Source: Anolis carolinensis (taxonomy: Eukaryota). Taken from it: 64,000 nucleotides of DNA. A model generated the notes under the pieces. The model worked only from the letters and a program-made list of their open reading frames with translations, ran no database searches and was not told where the DNA came from. Shown one piece after another: positions 33,532-54,500 of this stretch (its first letter is position 1; each line of letters begins with the position of its first letter). The stretch covers positions 8,078,317 through 8,142,316 of the forward strand of contig NW_026943824.1 in NCBI RefSeq assembly GCF_035594765.1, given 5' to 3'. Both the position numbers and the translations under genes were made by a program.

Positions 33532-34148
33532 AGGAATAAGCGGGTCCTGCCTGGGTCTCTGGGGTATTTTCTCACATTGGACAATAAAGCAACTTTTCCT
33601 CTTTTGGCAAAAGAGCGGGCCTGTCCTGTCTTTTGGGGGACAGGAGCCTCACAATCTCACAATGCCCACTAGTATGGCAATGGCAAGGGAAAGGCAGGGG
33701 GCCCACCCTCACACACAGCGGTGGTCCTCAAAACAAATCACTTATCCCAGCAGGAAGTCTCTGCCCATGCTGCTGTGGTGCCCCCTTAGACCAGGGCCCC
33801 AAATATGCACAGAGATATGGCTTGGCAAAAAGTGTTGTGGGTGTATTGTTACAAATGGGTTTCAAGGGAGGCATTTCCTCCAAAGGTGAATGAATAGCTT
33901 TGGGCCTTGAACAGGCACAGCAAAGTCTTTCTCAGCTGGCCTCACTGCAGGGCTGGCATGGAGCAGCAACACAGCCAAACGGGACATTGGCACAAGCGGG
34001 AACAACCATCATCACCCGGGTGGGCCAGGCTCCGGTGTTCTCCCTCCCCGTCACCGGCATGTCTTTGTCCCAAACGCTTGTCCGCTCAGGGAGGGACAGG
34101 TGTCCCGGTATTGCCCACAAGGCCCCAGGCAGCAGGGCTCCCTTCTTG

Positions 34149-43104
<8,956 letters not shown>

Positions 43105-43180
43105 TCTCCTCCTTCTCCTGCGCGGCCGCCCTTCACCATAGAGCCGAAGAGCGCCGCCGGCGGCTAGAGGGGTTTGCGCG

Positions 43181-43233
43181 GCGCATGCGCTCGGCGTCCC
43201 TTTGAAGGCCTGCGCCGTGGCTGCGCATGCGCA
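43181..43233. promoter_or_regulatory. NPRL3 housekeeping promoter, two NRF1 palindromes
   Basis: GCGCATGCGC at 43181-43190 and TGCGCATGCGCA at 43222-43233, within a CpG island just upstream of the NPRL3 ATG. Confidence 0.7.
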
Positions 43234-43698
43234 GTAGACTAAACACGGCCACCTGCTAGGCTAGGCAAGGGCCAACTTGGGCCCTCCCTCCAGGTGTTTT
43301 GGACCCAACTCCCACAGTCCCTCACAGCCTCAGGCCCTTTCCTTTTCTCCCTCATGCCTGGGATACATCATAGTAAAGGTAAAGGTTTCCCCTGACGTTA
43401 AGTCCAGTCATGTCTGCCTCTGGGGGTTGGTGCTCATCTCCATTTCTAAGCCGAAGAGCCGGCGTTGTCCGTAGACTCCTCCTACATGGAGCGCCGTTAC
43501 ATCATAAGACACTATGAAAACACATGCAAAGAAACACACAGAATTAAGGTCCAAATCCATTGCTGGCTCTCTCTCTGGCCCAAATGATGCCTGCTTGTAT
43601 CACATCCCTCCCAGTCCATCCCCATCTTTGGCCACCTCTGGCAAACAAGGCCCTGGAGGGAGGGAGGAAAGGCAGCCCCTCCCTGCCCAGCTGGGTGC

Positions 43699-43854
43699 CG
43701 ATAAGGCTCCCTTGGGTGCCCTGCCTTTGGGGAGATAGTGGGAAGGGAGGGGCCAAGGAGGAAAGGCGCAGACCCCCCCCCCTCCTTTGGCTCTGTCCTG
43801 CTCCAAACCCAGAGGGAGATAAGAGGGGTGGGCCCCGGAGACGGGAGCTATAAA
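43699..43854 (+). promoter_or_regulatory. Erythroid globin promoter
   Basis: GATA sites (CGATAA about 43699, AGATAG about 43733, AGATAA 43817-43822), CACCC box (GGGGTGGG 43825-43832) and TATAAA 43849-43854, about 90 bp upstream of the ATG. Confidence 0.75.
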
Positions 43855-43941
43855 GGCAGCTGCCTCTTTGAGCCGTGGCTCCGAGCCCCACTGCCACTGA
43901 TCCCGAAAGAGAGTCATCCTTGAGAGGAGAAACCAGACAAG

Positions 43942-45086
43942 ATGGTGCTGACCGCTGAGGACCGCAAACTGCTGACAGCCATTTGGGGGAAGGTGTCTGG
44001 GCACCTGGATGAGATCGGCGGGGATGCTCTCAACAGGTGAGCAGATGGGGAGAGAGGGAAGCATGGGGTGTTGGGGACTAGCCCAGAGGGGGAGTAAAGG
44101 AGAGAATTCCAGGAGAGCAATAAAACAAGCCTTTTATTATCATAGCTGATGATAAGGCAAAACAGCCATAGGTACCCACATTTTGTGGGTCCGTACCATC
44201 CAAATGGCCGTTGCACCATGTGCGTAGCAAACAAAGGATTTTATATCTCAGCCTTATCTAGAATTGACCAATGGCTGAGAGTCTTTCCCACCTTCCACAC
44301 CTACTTTGGCACAAGTGATATCAATGACCCAACTTGTTTACTCTTTCTTCTCCCTCTCAAACTTCTTGAAGAAAGGCACCAGCTCACAGGAAGGGAGGGG
44401 CACAGGCCCTGTGTTGCACATACTACTTTGATTCATACAAAGTGCTTATATTATCTATATAAAGGTATATATGATACATGCAGAGGCAAAGCTATATAAA
44501 CAATAGTCTACTATTTTCTGGCTTATGGCCCCTACAAGGGAGGGGAGAGAAATGAAGAAGAGCCCGGGAGCCTGTCTTCTTCCAGCCCTCTCTGAGGCAT
44601 CCCTCTTTGTTCCTTCTTTCCTTTCGCTTCTGGCTCCCTTTTCCTTTGATGCAGGATGTTCATGTGTTTCCCATCGACTAAGACCTACTTCCCGCACTTC
44701 GACCTGAGCCCGGGCTCCAAGGACATCCAAGTGCATGGCCAGAAGGTGGCCAGAGCCCTGGACATGGCCCTCCACCACCTGGACAACGTCCGTGGCACCC
44801 TGGCTGACCTCAGCGACCTCCACGCCTACAACTTGCGAGTCGACCCCGTCAACTTCAAGGCAAGCCCCGCTGGGAGGGAAAGGCCGAGGGGGGAAAGGCA
44901 AGGAGGGAGTTCTCCTCTCCCGCTGACCCCTGACACCCCCTTTTTCTCTTTCTGCAGCTGCTGATCAAGTGCTTCCACGTGGTTCTGGCCACTCACCTGC
45001 GCGGAGAGTACACCTGCTTGGCCCATCGGGCTGTGGACAAGTTCTTATTCGCGGTGGCCGAGATCCTGGGCGAGAAGTACAGATGA
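43942..45086 (+). CDS. HBAD: Hemoglobin alpha chain, alphaD type (142 codons)
   Basis: Exons 43942-44036, 44655-44859, 44958-45086 give [11 protein letters not shown]...[17 protein letters not shown]...H58...LSDLH87[12 protein letters not shown]...EKYR*. The HAYNLRVDP and EKYR motifs and the GC donor at intron 2 are alphaD-like. AATAAA at 45171-45176. Confidence 0.92.
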
Positions 45087-45568
45087 GCAGACAAAGGAGA
45101 AGACCCCCCTATCTTTTCTTCAGAGACTCCCCTTCTTCTTCATCTAGAATTTCCCCTCCCCAGCATTCGCAATAAAAACAAGGCCTTTGCTGCCACCTGC
45201 CTAACGCTGTCTGAGCCTGGCTTTTTTGAAGGAGAGAGGGGTCCTTTGTTTCAGGGGGAATCCCCATTTCACATAAGAAGCCCCTCCAAAACCTTTGCCA
45301 CAGAAATGGGGGGTTGCTTTCGGGGGCAATGGACAGGAAGGAGCCACAGGGCTCAGGGAGGGAGGGGAGAAAGGGGGGCCAAAGAAGAAGCCCCAGCACT
45401 GAGGTCTTTTTGCCTTAAAAGCCCAATAAAGAAGGGGGCACAGGAGGGTCACAAAGCCAGGCAGTGAGTGAAGACAAGGGACTTTATTCCATTAATGCCA
45501 TACTATTCAATACAAATATAATAGGGAGGGTGCCTTTTGGGGAAGCCCCTTCCTCTCTGCTTCCTCGT

Positions 45569-46133
45569 CTATCGGTCATAGGCTGCCTCCACTTCCTCCT
45601 GGATGACCTGAAAGAACTTCTCCCAGGAGACCCTCTTCTCTGGGGTGAAGGTCCTCCCCAAGAGGTCGTCGAAGGTGCAGAGCATGGCCTGGAACAGGAG
45701 CTGAGGGGAGGGAGGGAGGGAAGGGGACATGAAGGGTCTGGGAAGGGGCCTGCCCCCCCCCTCCGGTCCCCCCCCCTTCCCTTCTTCCTGTGGTGATACC
45801 TGGAACATCCCAGAAGGCACTTGGTGGATGTTCTTGTGGTTGTTCACCAGCCGCTCCAGCAAGACACAGGCCTGGTTCCAGTTCTCCATGTTCTCAATCA
45901 CTTGGCTGAAGGCCACCATGATCCTCCGGCCATGGAAGGCCACCTGGGGGTGCGCCTTCAGGTCCCCATCCGTGGGGACCGTCTTGAAGTACTGCTTGCT
46001 GGCAGGGTAGTCGCTGAAGAACCTGTGGCCGAGGGAGCAGGCATTAAAGGGGGTGGGGTCCTCCTGGTCAGTCCCATGGACTATGATTGCCCATCAGCTT
46101 GAACTCAGCACTCTACCACCAGCCCTCCTGGTC

Positions 46134-46172
<39 letters not shown>

Positions 46173-47317
46173 CCTATCTAATGCATTTATATGCCGCCCT
46201 TCTCACCCCGAAGGGGACTCAGAGCAGCTTACAAATTAAATTTACATACAATATTATATTATTAGCATAGCACAATACTGGCATTAAATTACTATATTGT
46301 ATTATATCGATATATTGTAATATTATATAATATATAATCAATATTATTATATTATATTATTAGTATTATATTGTATTACAATATGACATTATCAATATTA
46401 TCAATCCCTTACACAAATGTTTTACTCCAAGTCAGTCAGATCCAACTCTAAATCCATCTCATCAAACCACTCAACTTGCTCAATTTGCACAAGCCCATGC
46501 CCAGTCCTTTCTAATTTTGATCTGCTCACCATATTCCTGGTTCTGGTTATTGAGGTTGGTTTTGATTTATTTTAATGATGATGTTTTTATAATCTATTGT
46601 TTTAATTGTTTAATCAGACTGTCATACGTTTATTATGTTTTCAAATTTGTTTTTACTTGGTTAACTTTGTTGTGTTGTCGAAGGCTTTCATGGCTGGAAT
46701 CTGTGGGTTGTTGTGAGTTTCCCGGGCTGTATGGCCATATTCCAGAAGCATTCTCTTCTGACATTTCACCCACCTCTATAACAGGCATCCTCAGATGTTG
46801 TGAGGTCTGTTGGAAACTAGGCAAGTGGGGTTTATATATCTGTAGAATAATATCCAGGGTGGGAAAAATAACTTTTGTCACACTGGCCTCCAGAAGACAA
46901 AAGTTTTTTCACCCACCCTGGATCTTCCACAGATCTATATAAACCTCTATTGCTTAGGGTTGTTGTATGTTTTCTGGGCTGTATGGCCATGTTCTAGAAG
47001 TATTCTCTCCTGACGTTTCGCCCACATCTATGGCAGGCATCCTCAGAGGATGCCTTCAACAACACTCTATTGCTTAGTTTACAAAATTCCTCGCAATCTC
47101 TGAAAATGCCTGCCATAGATGTGGGCAAAACATAGATGCGTGATATAAAAATAACATTATGATTATTATTATTGACAACAAAGGGCAGGATTGGCCACCC
47201 CACCTCCCCCTCCACCCCAAGGCCTTGCCTGATGATCACCAGCCGTCCATTCTCCTCCGGATTTTCAAAGGCCGCGGTCCAGATTTCCCGGATGTGCCGC
47301 CGGTCCAAGTCGGTCAT
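45569..47317 (-). CDS. GBY: Globin Y (147 aa from ATG 47317; 171 aa if ATG 47389 is used)
   Basis: Exons 47317-47229, 46022-45800, 45700-45569 with globin-type intron positions: [42 protein letters not shown]...AFHGRRIM...[23 protein letters not shown]...WEKFF. The NPEExG motif and the tail-to-tail position 3' of alpha-globin match GbY. Minus-strand AATAAA at 45488-45483. Confidence 0.88.
46670..47130. mobile_element. Penelope-like repeat fragments (GbY intron 1)
   Basis: Recurrent GGCTGTATGGCCATGTTCCAGAAGCATTCTCTCCTGACGTTTCGCCC module. Also at about 11330-11537, 57790-58500, 60005-60300 and 63390-63605. The family name is from recall. Confidence 0.55.
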
Positions 47318-47562
47318 CTTCCCTGCCTTGGGGTCCGATGGGGGGGTCCTAGGGAGGGAGGGCAGGAGGGAACCCGACACATTGCCCATCAGGCTTGTGG
47401 GAAAGGAAGGTAACCCTGACCCCTGGGTGGCAGAGTGGTCTTGCCTAGAAGCAGTGCTGACTATTTAAGCAAGCCTTTGGGGATTAATATGACCCATAAG
47501 TACGATGGAAAATGTATACAAATGGCAAAAGCAAGTGGTTTAATGCAAGGAAGGGCATACTT

Positions 47563-47876
47563 GGGCCCCTGGTGGCACCGTGTGTTAAAGCGCTGAGCTG
47601 CTGAACTTGCGGACCAAAAGATCCCAGGTTCAAATCCCGGGAGCGGAATGAGCGCCCGCTGTTAGCCCCAGCTTCTGCCAACCTAGCAGTTCAAAAACAT
47701 GCCAATGTGAGTAGATCAATAGGTACCGCTCCGGCGGGAAGGTAACGGCGCTCCATGCAGTCATGCCAATGGCCACATGACCTTGGAGGTGTCTATGGAC
47801 AACGCCGGCTCTTCGGCTTAGAAATGAAGATGAGCACCAACCCCCAGAGTCAGTCACGACTGGACTTTACCTTTAC
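47563..47876 (+). mobile_element. Sauria SINE between the GbY and TMEM8A promoters
   Basis: Head GGGCCCCTGGTGGC, B-box GGTTCAAATCC, tail CTTTACCTTTAC. Confidence 0.9.
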
Positions 47877-48538
47877 TAAGTGTATACTAGGGCCCTGCAG
47901 GTGTTTTGGATTTCAACTCCTACCATTCCTAACGGCCTCAGGCCCCTTCCTTTTCCCCCTCAGAAGCGGCTGAGGGGGAAAAGGAAGGGGCCTGAGGCCG
48001 TTAGGAATGGTAGGAGTTGAAATCCAAAACACCTGCAGGGCTAAACCTTGCCCATACCACCTTTATGTGTTTTGGACTTCAACTCCCAGCATTCCTCACA
48101 TCTGGTAAAAATAGCTGGGATTTCTGGGAGTTGAAGTCCAAAATATTAATCCAAAGCACTGGGCCTGCTTGTTGTTGTTCTGTCGGGGCCTGGCCACTAG
48201 GGGAGCTGTGCTGCCTTCAAATGCCATGCCTCCGGGGGAGGCGCTGTCTGTGTGTCTGTGTGTGTTTCCAGGTGGGAGACTCACCGGGGCTTGGCCCCGC
48301 TCCCCGCTCCCGCCATGGCCGGAACCTTCTGGAAAAGGAGCCCTCATCGCTTGGGTCTGCCCGGCTGCCTAACAACAGCCCCGCGAGGCAGGGCAGAGAG
48401 GGAGGGGGGGAAGGAGGAGGGAGGAGGCCCCAGCCCCGCCCTCCCAACCGACAACTGCCCTTAGGGCGACCCCGTGACGTCACTGCCCGGCAGGGGGAGA
48501 AGGAGGAAGTAGAGGCGGGAAGGGAGGCTGAGGCAGAC

Positions 48539-51500
48539 ATGGAGCCCCTCGGCCCCTTCCTCCCGCTCTTCTTCCTCCTCTTCCTCTCCGCCGGGGCGAC
48601 CGCAGCCGAGGGGGAAGAGCCGAAGCCGAGCCGAGGCGGAAACATCCGAGCCGAGGGTGAGGAGGGGGAATGGGGAGGCCCTTTGCCCTGCTTTCCCCCT
48701 GGCTGGCCGGTTCTGCCGGTTCTCCTTGCCCTTTCTTTCTTTACTTTGGCCTGCGTCAATAGGAGTCTAGTGTCTAGATCAGGGGTCCTCAAACTTTTTA
48801 AGTGGAGGGCCGGTTCATGGTTCCTCAGATTGCTGAAAGGCCAAATTATCATTTAAAAAAATATGAACAAATCTCTATGCACACTGCACATGTCTTATTT
48901 GTAATGCAAAAAAAATAAAATAAAACCCAACAACATTTATTTTTTTTTTATTTACTACATTTATACCCCACTCTCTCTCACCCCAAAGGGGACTCAGAGT
49001 GGCTTACAAGTTGTATGTACATCTATATATATAAAAAGGTAATGAAATTTCGGCCTAGGACAAAACAACAAAACTACACATCCCAGAAACACTAAACTTG
49101 GCAGCACAACCCCTCATCCATGCCTCTACGTTCATACAACAAAAAGAAAAGGAAAATAAAGTCCTAATTAGAGGGAGAGGGATACAGTAGAGTCTCACTT
49201 ATCCAACACTCGTTTTATCCAACGTTCTGGATTATCCAACTCATTTTTGTAGTCAATGTTTTCAATACATCGTGATATTTTGGTGCTAAATTTGTAAATA
49301 CAGTCATTACAACATAACATTACTGCGTATTGAACTACTTTTTCTGTCAAATTTGTTGTATAACATGATGTTTTGGTGCTTCATTTGTAAAATCATAACC
49401 TAATTTGATGTTTAATAGGCTTCTCCTTAATCCCTCCTTATTATCCAACATATTCGCTTATCCAACGTTCTGCCGGCCCGTTTATGTTGGATAAGTGAGA
49501 CTCTACTGTAATTGTTTTTATCCAAATGCTGCCAGTTAGAAGGCTAAGCTCCGTCTGGGGAAAACCTTTACCCTTTACCTTAACTACCACCAATTCCTCA
49601 ATACTTTATTTCCCATGGAACCCTACTTCGCCACAGCAACGCGTGGCCGGGCACAGCTAGTCTATATATATAAAAGAGTGATGGCATCAGGGCAGCGGAC
49701 AAAACTACAGGCCCCCCAACCTCGAAATTTGACAACACAACCCATCATTCACGGCTCTAGGTTGATAAAACAAAAAAGAAAAGAAAAATAAAGTCCTAAT
49801 TACAGGGAGAGGAATAATAGTTTTTATCCAATTGCTGCCAGTTTGAAGGCTAAGCTCCGCCCACTTGGTCTCCTAGCAACCTCCTCAGCCCAGGGGACAG
49901 GCACAGTTAGGCCTCACTTAGACCTCTTCCACAGATTATTTTAACTGGATTATATGGCAGTGTAGACTCAAGGCCCTTCCACACAGCTATATAACCCATT
50001 TAGAATCTTATATTATCTGCTTTGAACTGGATTATCTTGACTCCACACTGCCATATAATCCACTTCAGTGTGCATACTAAACATAAAGACAACCATACAA
50101 CAGACATTCAATACCACCACTACCTCAACAATTTCTCAGCAACACCACCAGACAACGCCACAGCAACGCGTGGCCGGGTACAGCTAGTACAATATATTAT
50201 GTTATTAGCATAGCACAATATTAGCATTATATATTACTATCTGGTACTATACTATACATTTAATATATAATATATAATTAATATTACTGTATTATATTAT
50301 ACAATATTATTATATTGTATAATTATTATTAGCTTCCCTGAGTCCCCTATTGAGTGAGAAGGGTGAGGTAGAAATACTGTAATAAATAAAGAAATATCAT
50401 ATTGTATTACATTATAATATTATTATCAATATTATATGTATACACAAGATATCATATTATTACCATAGCACAATACTAGTAAATGAAAGAACAATATAAT
50501 ATTTAAAAATAAAAACAATTTTAACCAACATACTGTAAACCTATCAGGAATTCATTGGGAAGCGTGGGCCTGCTCCTGCCCAAAGAGATAGTCAAATTAA
50601 TTAGGATTGTTGTTGTTGTTGTGCCTTCAAGTCATTTCAGACTTTGGGTGAGCCTAAGTCTAAAACTGAGGGCAGGGGCCAGGTCAATGACCTTGGAGGG
50701 CCGCATCCGGCCCCCGGGCCTTAGTTTGGGGACCCCTGGTCTAGATCTGGGCACCGCAATTCAAGGGAGATGTTGACTCTAAGCTGGAATGTGTCCAGAG
50801 AAGGGCGACTCAAATGATCAAGGGTCTCAAAAACAAGCCCTATGATGAGCGACTTAAAGAGCTCGGCATTTTTAGAAGGCTGAAAGGATACATGATGAGG
50901 GCCATGGATCAAGATGTGAGTGGAAGTCATAGGGAGGAGGGAGAAAGCTTGTTCTCCGCTGCCCTGGAGACTAGGACACAATGGAACAATGGCTAAAGGA
51001 AAGAAAGGAGACTCCAACTAAACATGAGAATGAACTTCCTCACTGTGAGAGAGAGCTGTTCAGCAGTGAAACTCTCTCTGCCCCAGAGTGTGGTGGAGGC
51101 CCCTTTTGAGATGTTTCCGCAGAGGCTGGATGGCCATCTGTCGGGGTGGGGTGGAGTGATGCTTTGAATGCGATTTCCTGCTTCGTGGCAGGGGGTTGGA
51201 CTGGATGGCCCACGAGGTCTCTTCCGATTCTGTGATTCCTTCCTTCCTTTTTCTTTTTTCTTTCTTTCCTCTTTTTTGTTTCTTCACCTTCCTTCATTTC
51301 TCTTCCTTCTTCTGTTCCTTCCTTCTTTCTTTCCTTGGTTTTCTTTCCTTCCTCTTCCTTCCTTCCTCTCAGGAGGTCCCTGATGCTCCTGCCTGCCTGG
51401 CTTCTTTCCTTCCTTTTTCTTCTTTCCTTACTTACTTCTTTCTTTCTTTCTTTCTTTCTTCCTCTTTCCTCCTTCCCCTTCCTTCATTTCTCTTCCTTCC

Positions 51501-54500
51501 TTCTTTCCTTCCTTCCTTTCTTCCTTCTTCCCCATCATTTCTCTTCCTTCCTCTTCTTTCCTTCTCTTCCTTCCTTCCTTCCTTCCTTCCTTCCTTCCTT
51601 CCTTCCTTCCTTCCTTCCTTCCTTCCTTCCTCTCAGGGCCTTGCGCTCATGGCCTGGAAGACGGGCCTCTTTGGCCTGCCCTCCAAGTTCACAAGGGGGG
51701 CTCAAGGGGGGTTTTGGGGCCAGGCCTAGGGCAAAGAGGGAGAAAGGGAGGGAAGAGGACTTCATTATTAATATTATGTTTATTATGATGTTTATTTCTA
51801 CCCCGCTTTTTCTCTCCACAAGGAAATTCAAAGCAACTGACATTCGAAGCATTTCAGTACCATTAACAATGTGACCTTGGACGCTCATCTCCTAGAATCA
51901 TAGAATTGTAGAATTGGAAGAGACCTCATGGGCCATCCAGTCCAGCCCCCTGCAAGAAGCAGGAAAATCTCATTCAAAGCACCCCCGACAGATGGCCATT
52001 CAGCCTCTTTTTAAAAGCCTCCAAAGAAGGAGCCTCCACCACAGTCCGGGGGAAAGAGTTCCACTGCCGAACAGCCCTCACTGTGAGGAAGTTCTTCCTA
52101 ATGTTCAGGTGGAATCTCCTTTCCTGTCGTTTGAAGCCGTTGTTCCATGTCCTGGTCTGCAGGGCAGCAGAAAACAAGCTTGCTCCCTCCTCCCTATGAC
52201 TTCCCCTCACATATTTATTTGTACATGGCTATCATGTCTCCTCTCAGCCTTCTCTTCTGCAGGCTAAACATACCCAGCTCTTTAAGCCGCTCCTCATAGG
52301 ACTTGTTCTCCAGACCCTTGATCATTTTAGTTGCCCTCCTCTGGACGCTTTCCAGCTTGTCAACATCTCCCTTTAATTGAGGTGCCCAGAATTTGACACA
52401 GTGTGATTCCAGGTGTGGTCTGACCAAGGCAGAATAGAAGGGGAGCAGGACTTCCCTGGATCTAGACGCTATACCCCTATTGATGCAGGCCAGAATCCCG
52501 TTGGCTTTTTTCGCCGCCGCATCACATTGTAGGCTCATGTTTATCTTGTTGTCCACGAGGACTCCAATATCTTTTTCACACGTACTGCTGTCAAGCCAGG
52601 CATCGTCCCCCATTTTGTATCTTTGAATTTCATTTTTTCTGCCAAAAGCTGGATTATTATTACAGTATGTGTATTTAAACCCCATTTTCTCTACAAAATA
52701 GACTCAAAACAGCTGACGTTAAAAGCATTTCAGTACAATTTAACATCGACCGATATGCAAACATTGAAACAGAATGAATTGTCAATGGTATTTTAAAAAT
52801 CCACAGTTAAATTCCACAAAAAGATGACGGGCCCAGTGGACTGGGACCTGCCCCGCAGCCTCATGACGCCTTCCTCCTCTTCCCTCCCTCCCTCCTTCTC
52901 TGCTTCCTCTTCTGCTGCAGACCAGGGCCTGGTCTCCGAGTACTTCTCCCAGGCTTCCCAGCCGCTCATTCCCTACAGCTGGTACGGCAATGCCAAGCTC
53001 TTCTCCTTCCGAGTCCCAGAGGACGCCCTGCTGTTGCGTTGGCTGCTGCAGGCCTCCCGTGGGAAGGGACGCTCGTGCCATGACGTGGAGATCTCTGTGT
53101 GCGTAGAAGCAACCCCCCCCCCCCAAGTGGGGCCTGTGCCATCAAAGGAGGGTCCTTGGCCCTCCCGGCAATGGCTGCCACAGCCCTTGATCCCACTTCC
53201 TTACTCTCCCTTTGCAGCCACGTCCGCTTTGGAGCCCCGCCAGTCATCAACCCACTGAGCACCCAGTTCCCGGCCAACGTGAGTGTCCGCCTGGCCCACC
53301 GCCTGAGCCTGAGCCTCTCAGCTGCCCGGCAGAACAGCACCTTCCTGAACCTCACCAGCCCCGCTGCAGGCTACTGGTTTCTTGTTGCCCACCTGCCAAA
53401 GGCTGACGGGAAGATTCAGGTGCAGGTGAGAGTGGGACCGGGCATCCTGTTCCTCAGCCTGGGCCTTGCATTTGGACCCCTGAAATGGTCCTAACCCTAC
53501 CCCATCCTGCTCTCGCAGGGCGTCTCCTCTCCATGCTCCTACGTCTTCCAGCCAGACTTGTTTGTGCTGCGCATGGTGGACATGCCCATCCTACAGCCCA
53601 ATATCCCTCTGCGCCGAACCATCTGGACAAACCGACCTCTCCACGCCAAGTAAGTCATAGGAAAGGCCCGAAAGTATTGTGTGGGTTTTCGGGGGGGGGG
53701 GGGGGGAGCAGTGTCAGATTGAGGACCCTTGAGGCCATGTGCTAGTTAAGTTTTGAGGAGTCTTCCTTTGACCCTGAAGTAGGTTGGCCCAATGTGCCTT
53801 TTATGGCACACTCCCATAGACTATCAACTCTATCACTATGTCTGGAATCGCTCCAAAACAGAATGCCTTCAAATTTAGAATTGCACCACAAAAGCAACAC
53901 CCATCGTAAAAAAAAATGGGCAAGAAGATAGGCTCCCCTAGCCAACTGGACCATGTGCTTAAGCACATCTCAGCACAAAGGTCAGTCTGGCACTACCTGG
54001 GAGCCTGGTGCCTGTCTTGAACTGTCCCCTTGCGCTCTTTATCCACTGTTCAAATAGTACAAGAGTGAGAGTAAGCATATACTTATTTAAATATATTTTT
54101 GTAGACCAAAGTATATGCAAAAATGGTTAATACATAATACAGTGAAACATAAAATTGTCACATTCACAATATGATTGATACACTTGTTTCTTTCTTTCTT
54201 GTGATATTGAAACAGTGAATAATTGACTTTCTGATTCAAGGGAATCCACTGTCTTTCATACGCTTGTGCTCTTTCCCAGGGTCTTTGTCCCTTCATACAG
54301 TGCCATGCTTCACTTGGAACTAGGGGCCTGCACCGTCAACGTCTCCTCCACCCCTTGTGCTGTGCGGGTGATGCTGGGCTTGGTCACACTGTCTGAGTCC
54401 TTCAGTCGGAAGGAATTCAACTGCACAGGGCCCTGCAACCTCTTCCTTGCTTCGCCTCCCTGGGAGAAGTGGCTGCGCATCACAGTGGACAGCCTCAGTG

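Noticed and set aside
51196-51888. 177-179 aa Phe/Ser/Leu-rich ORFs
   Set aside because: Translations of (TTCC)n microsatellite.
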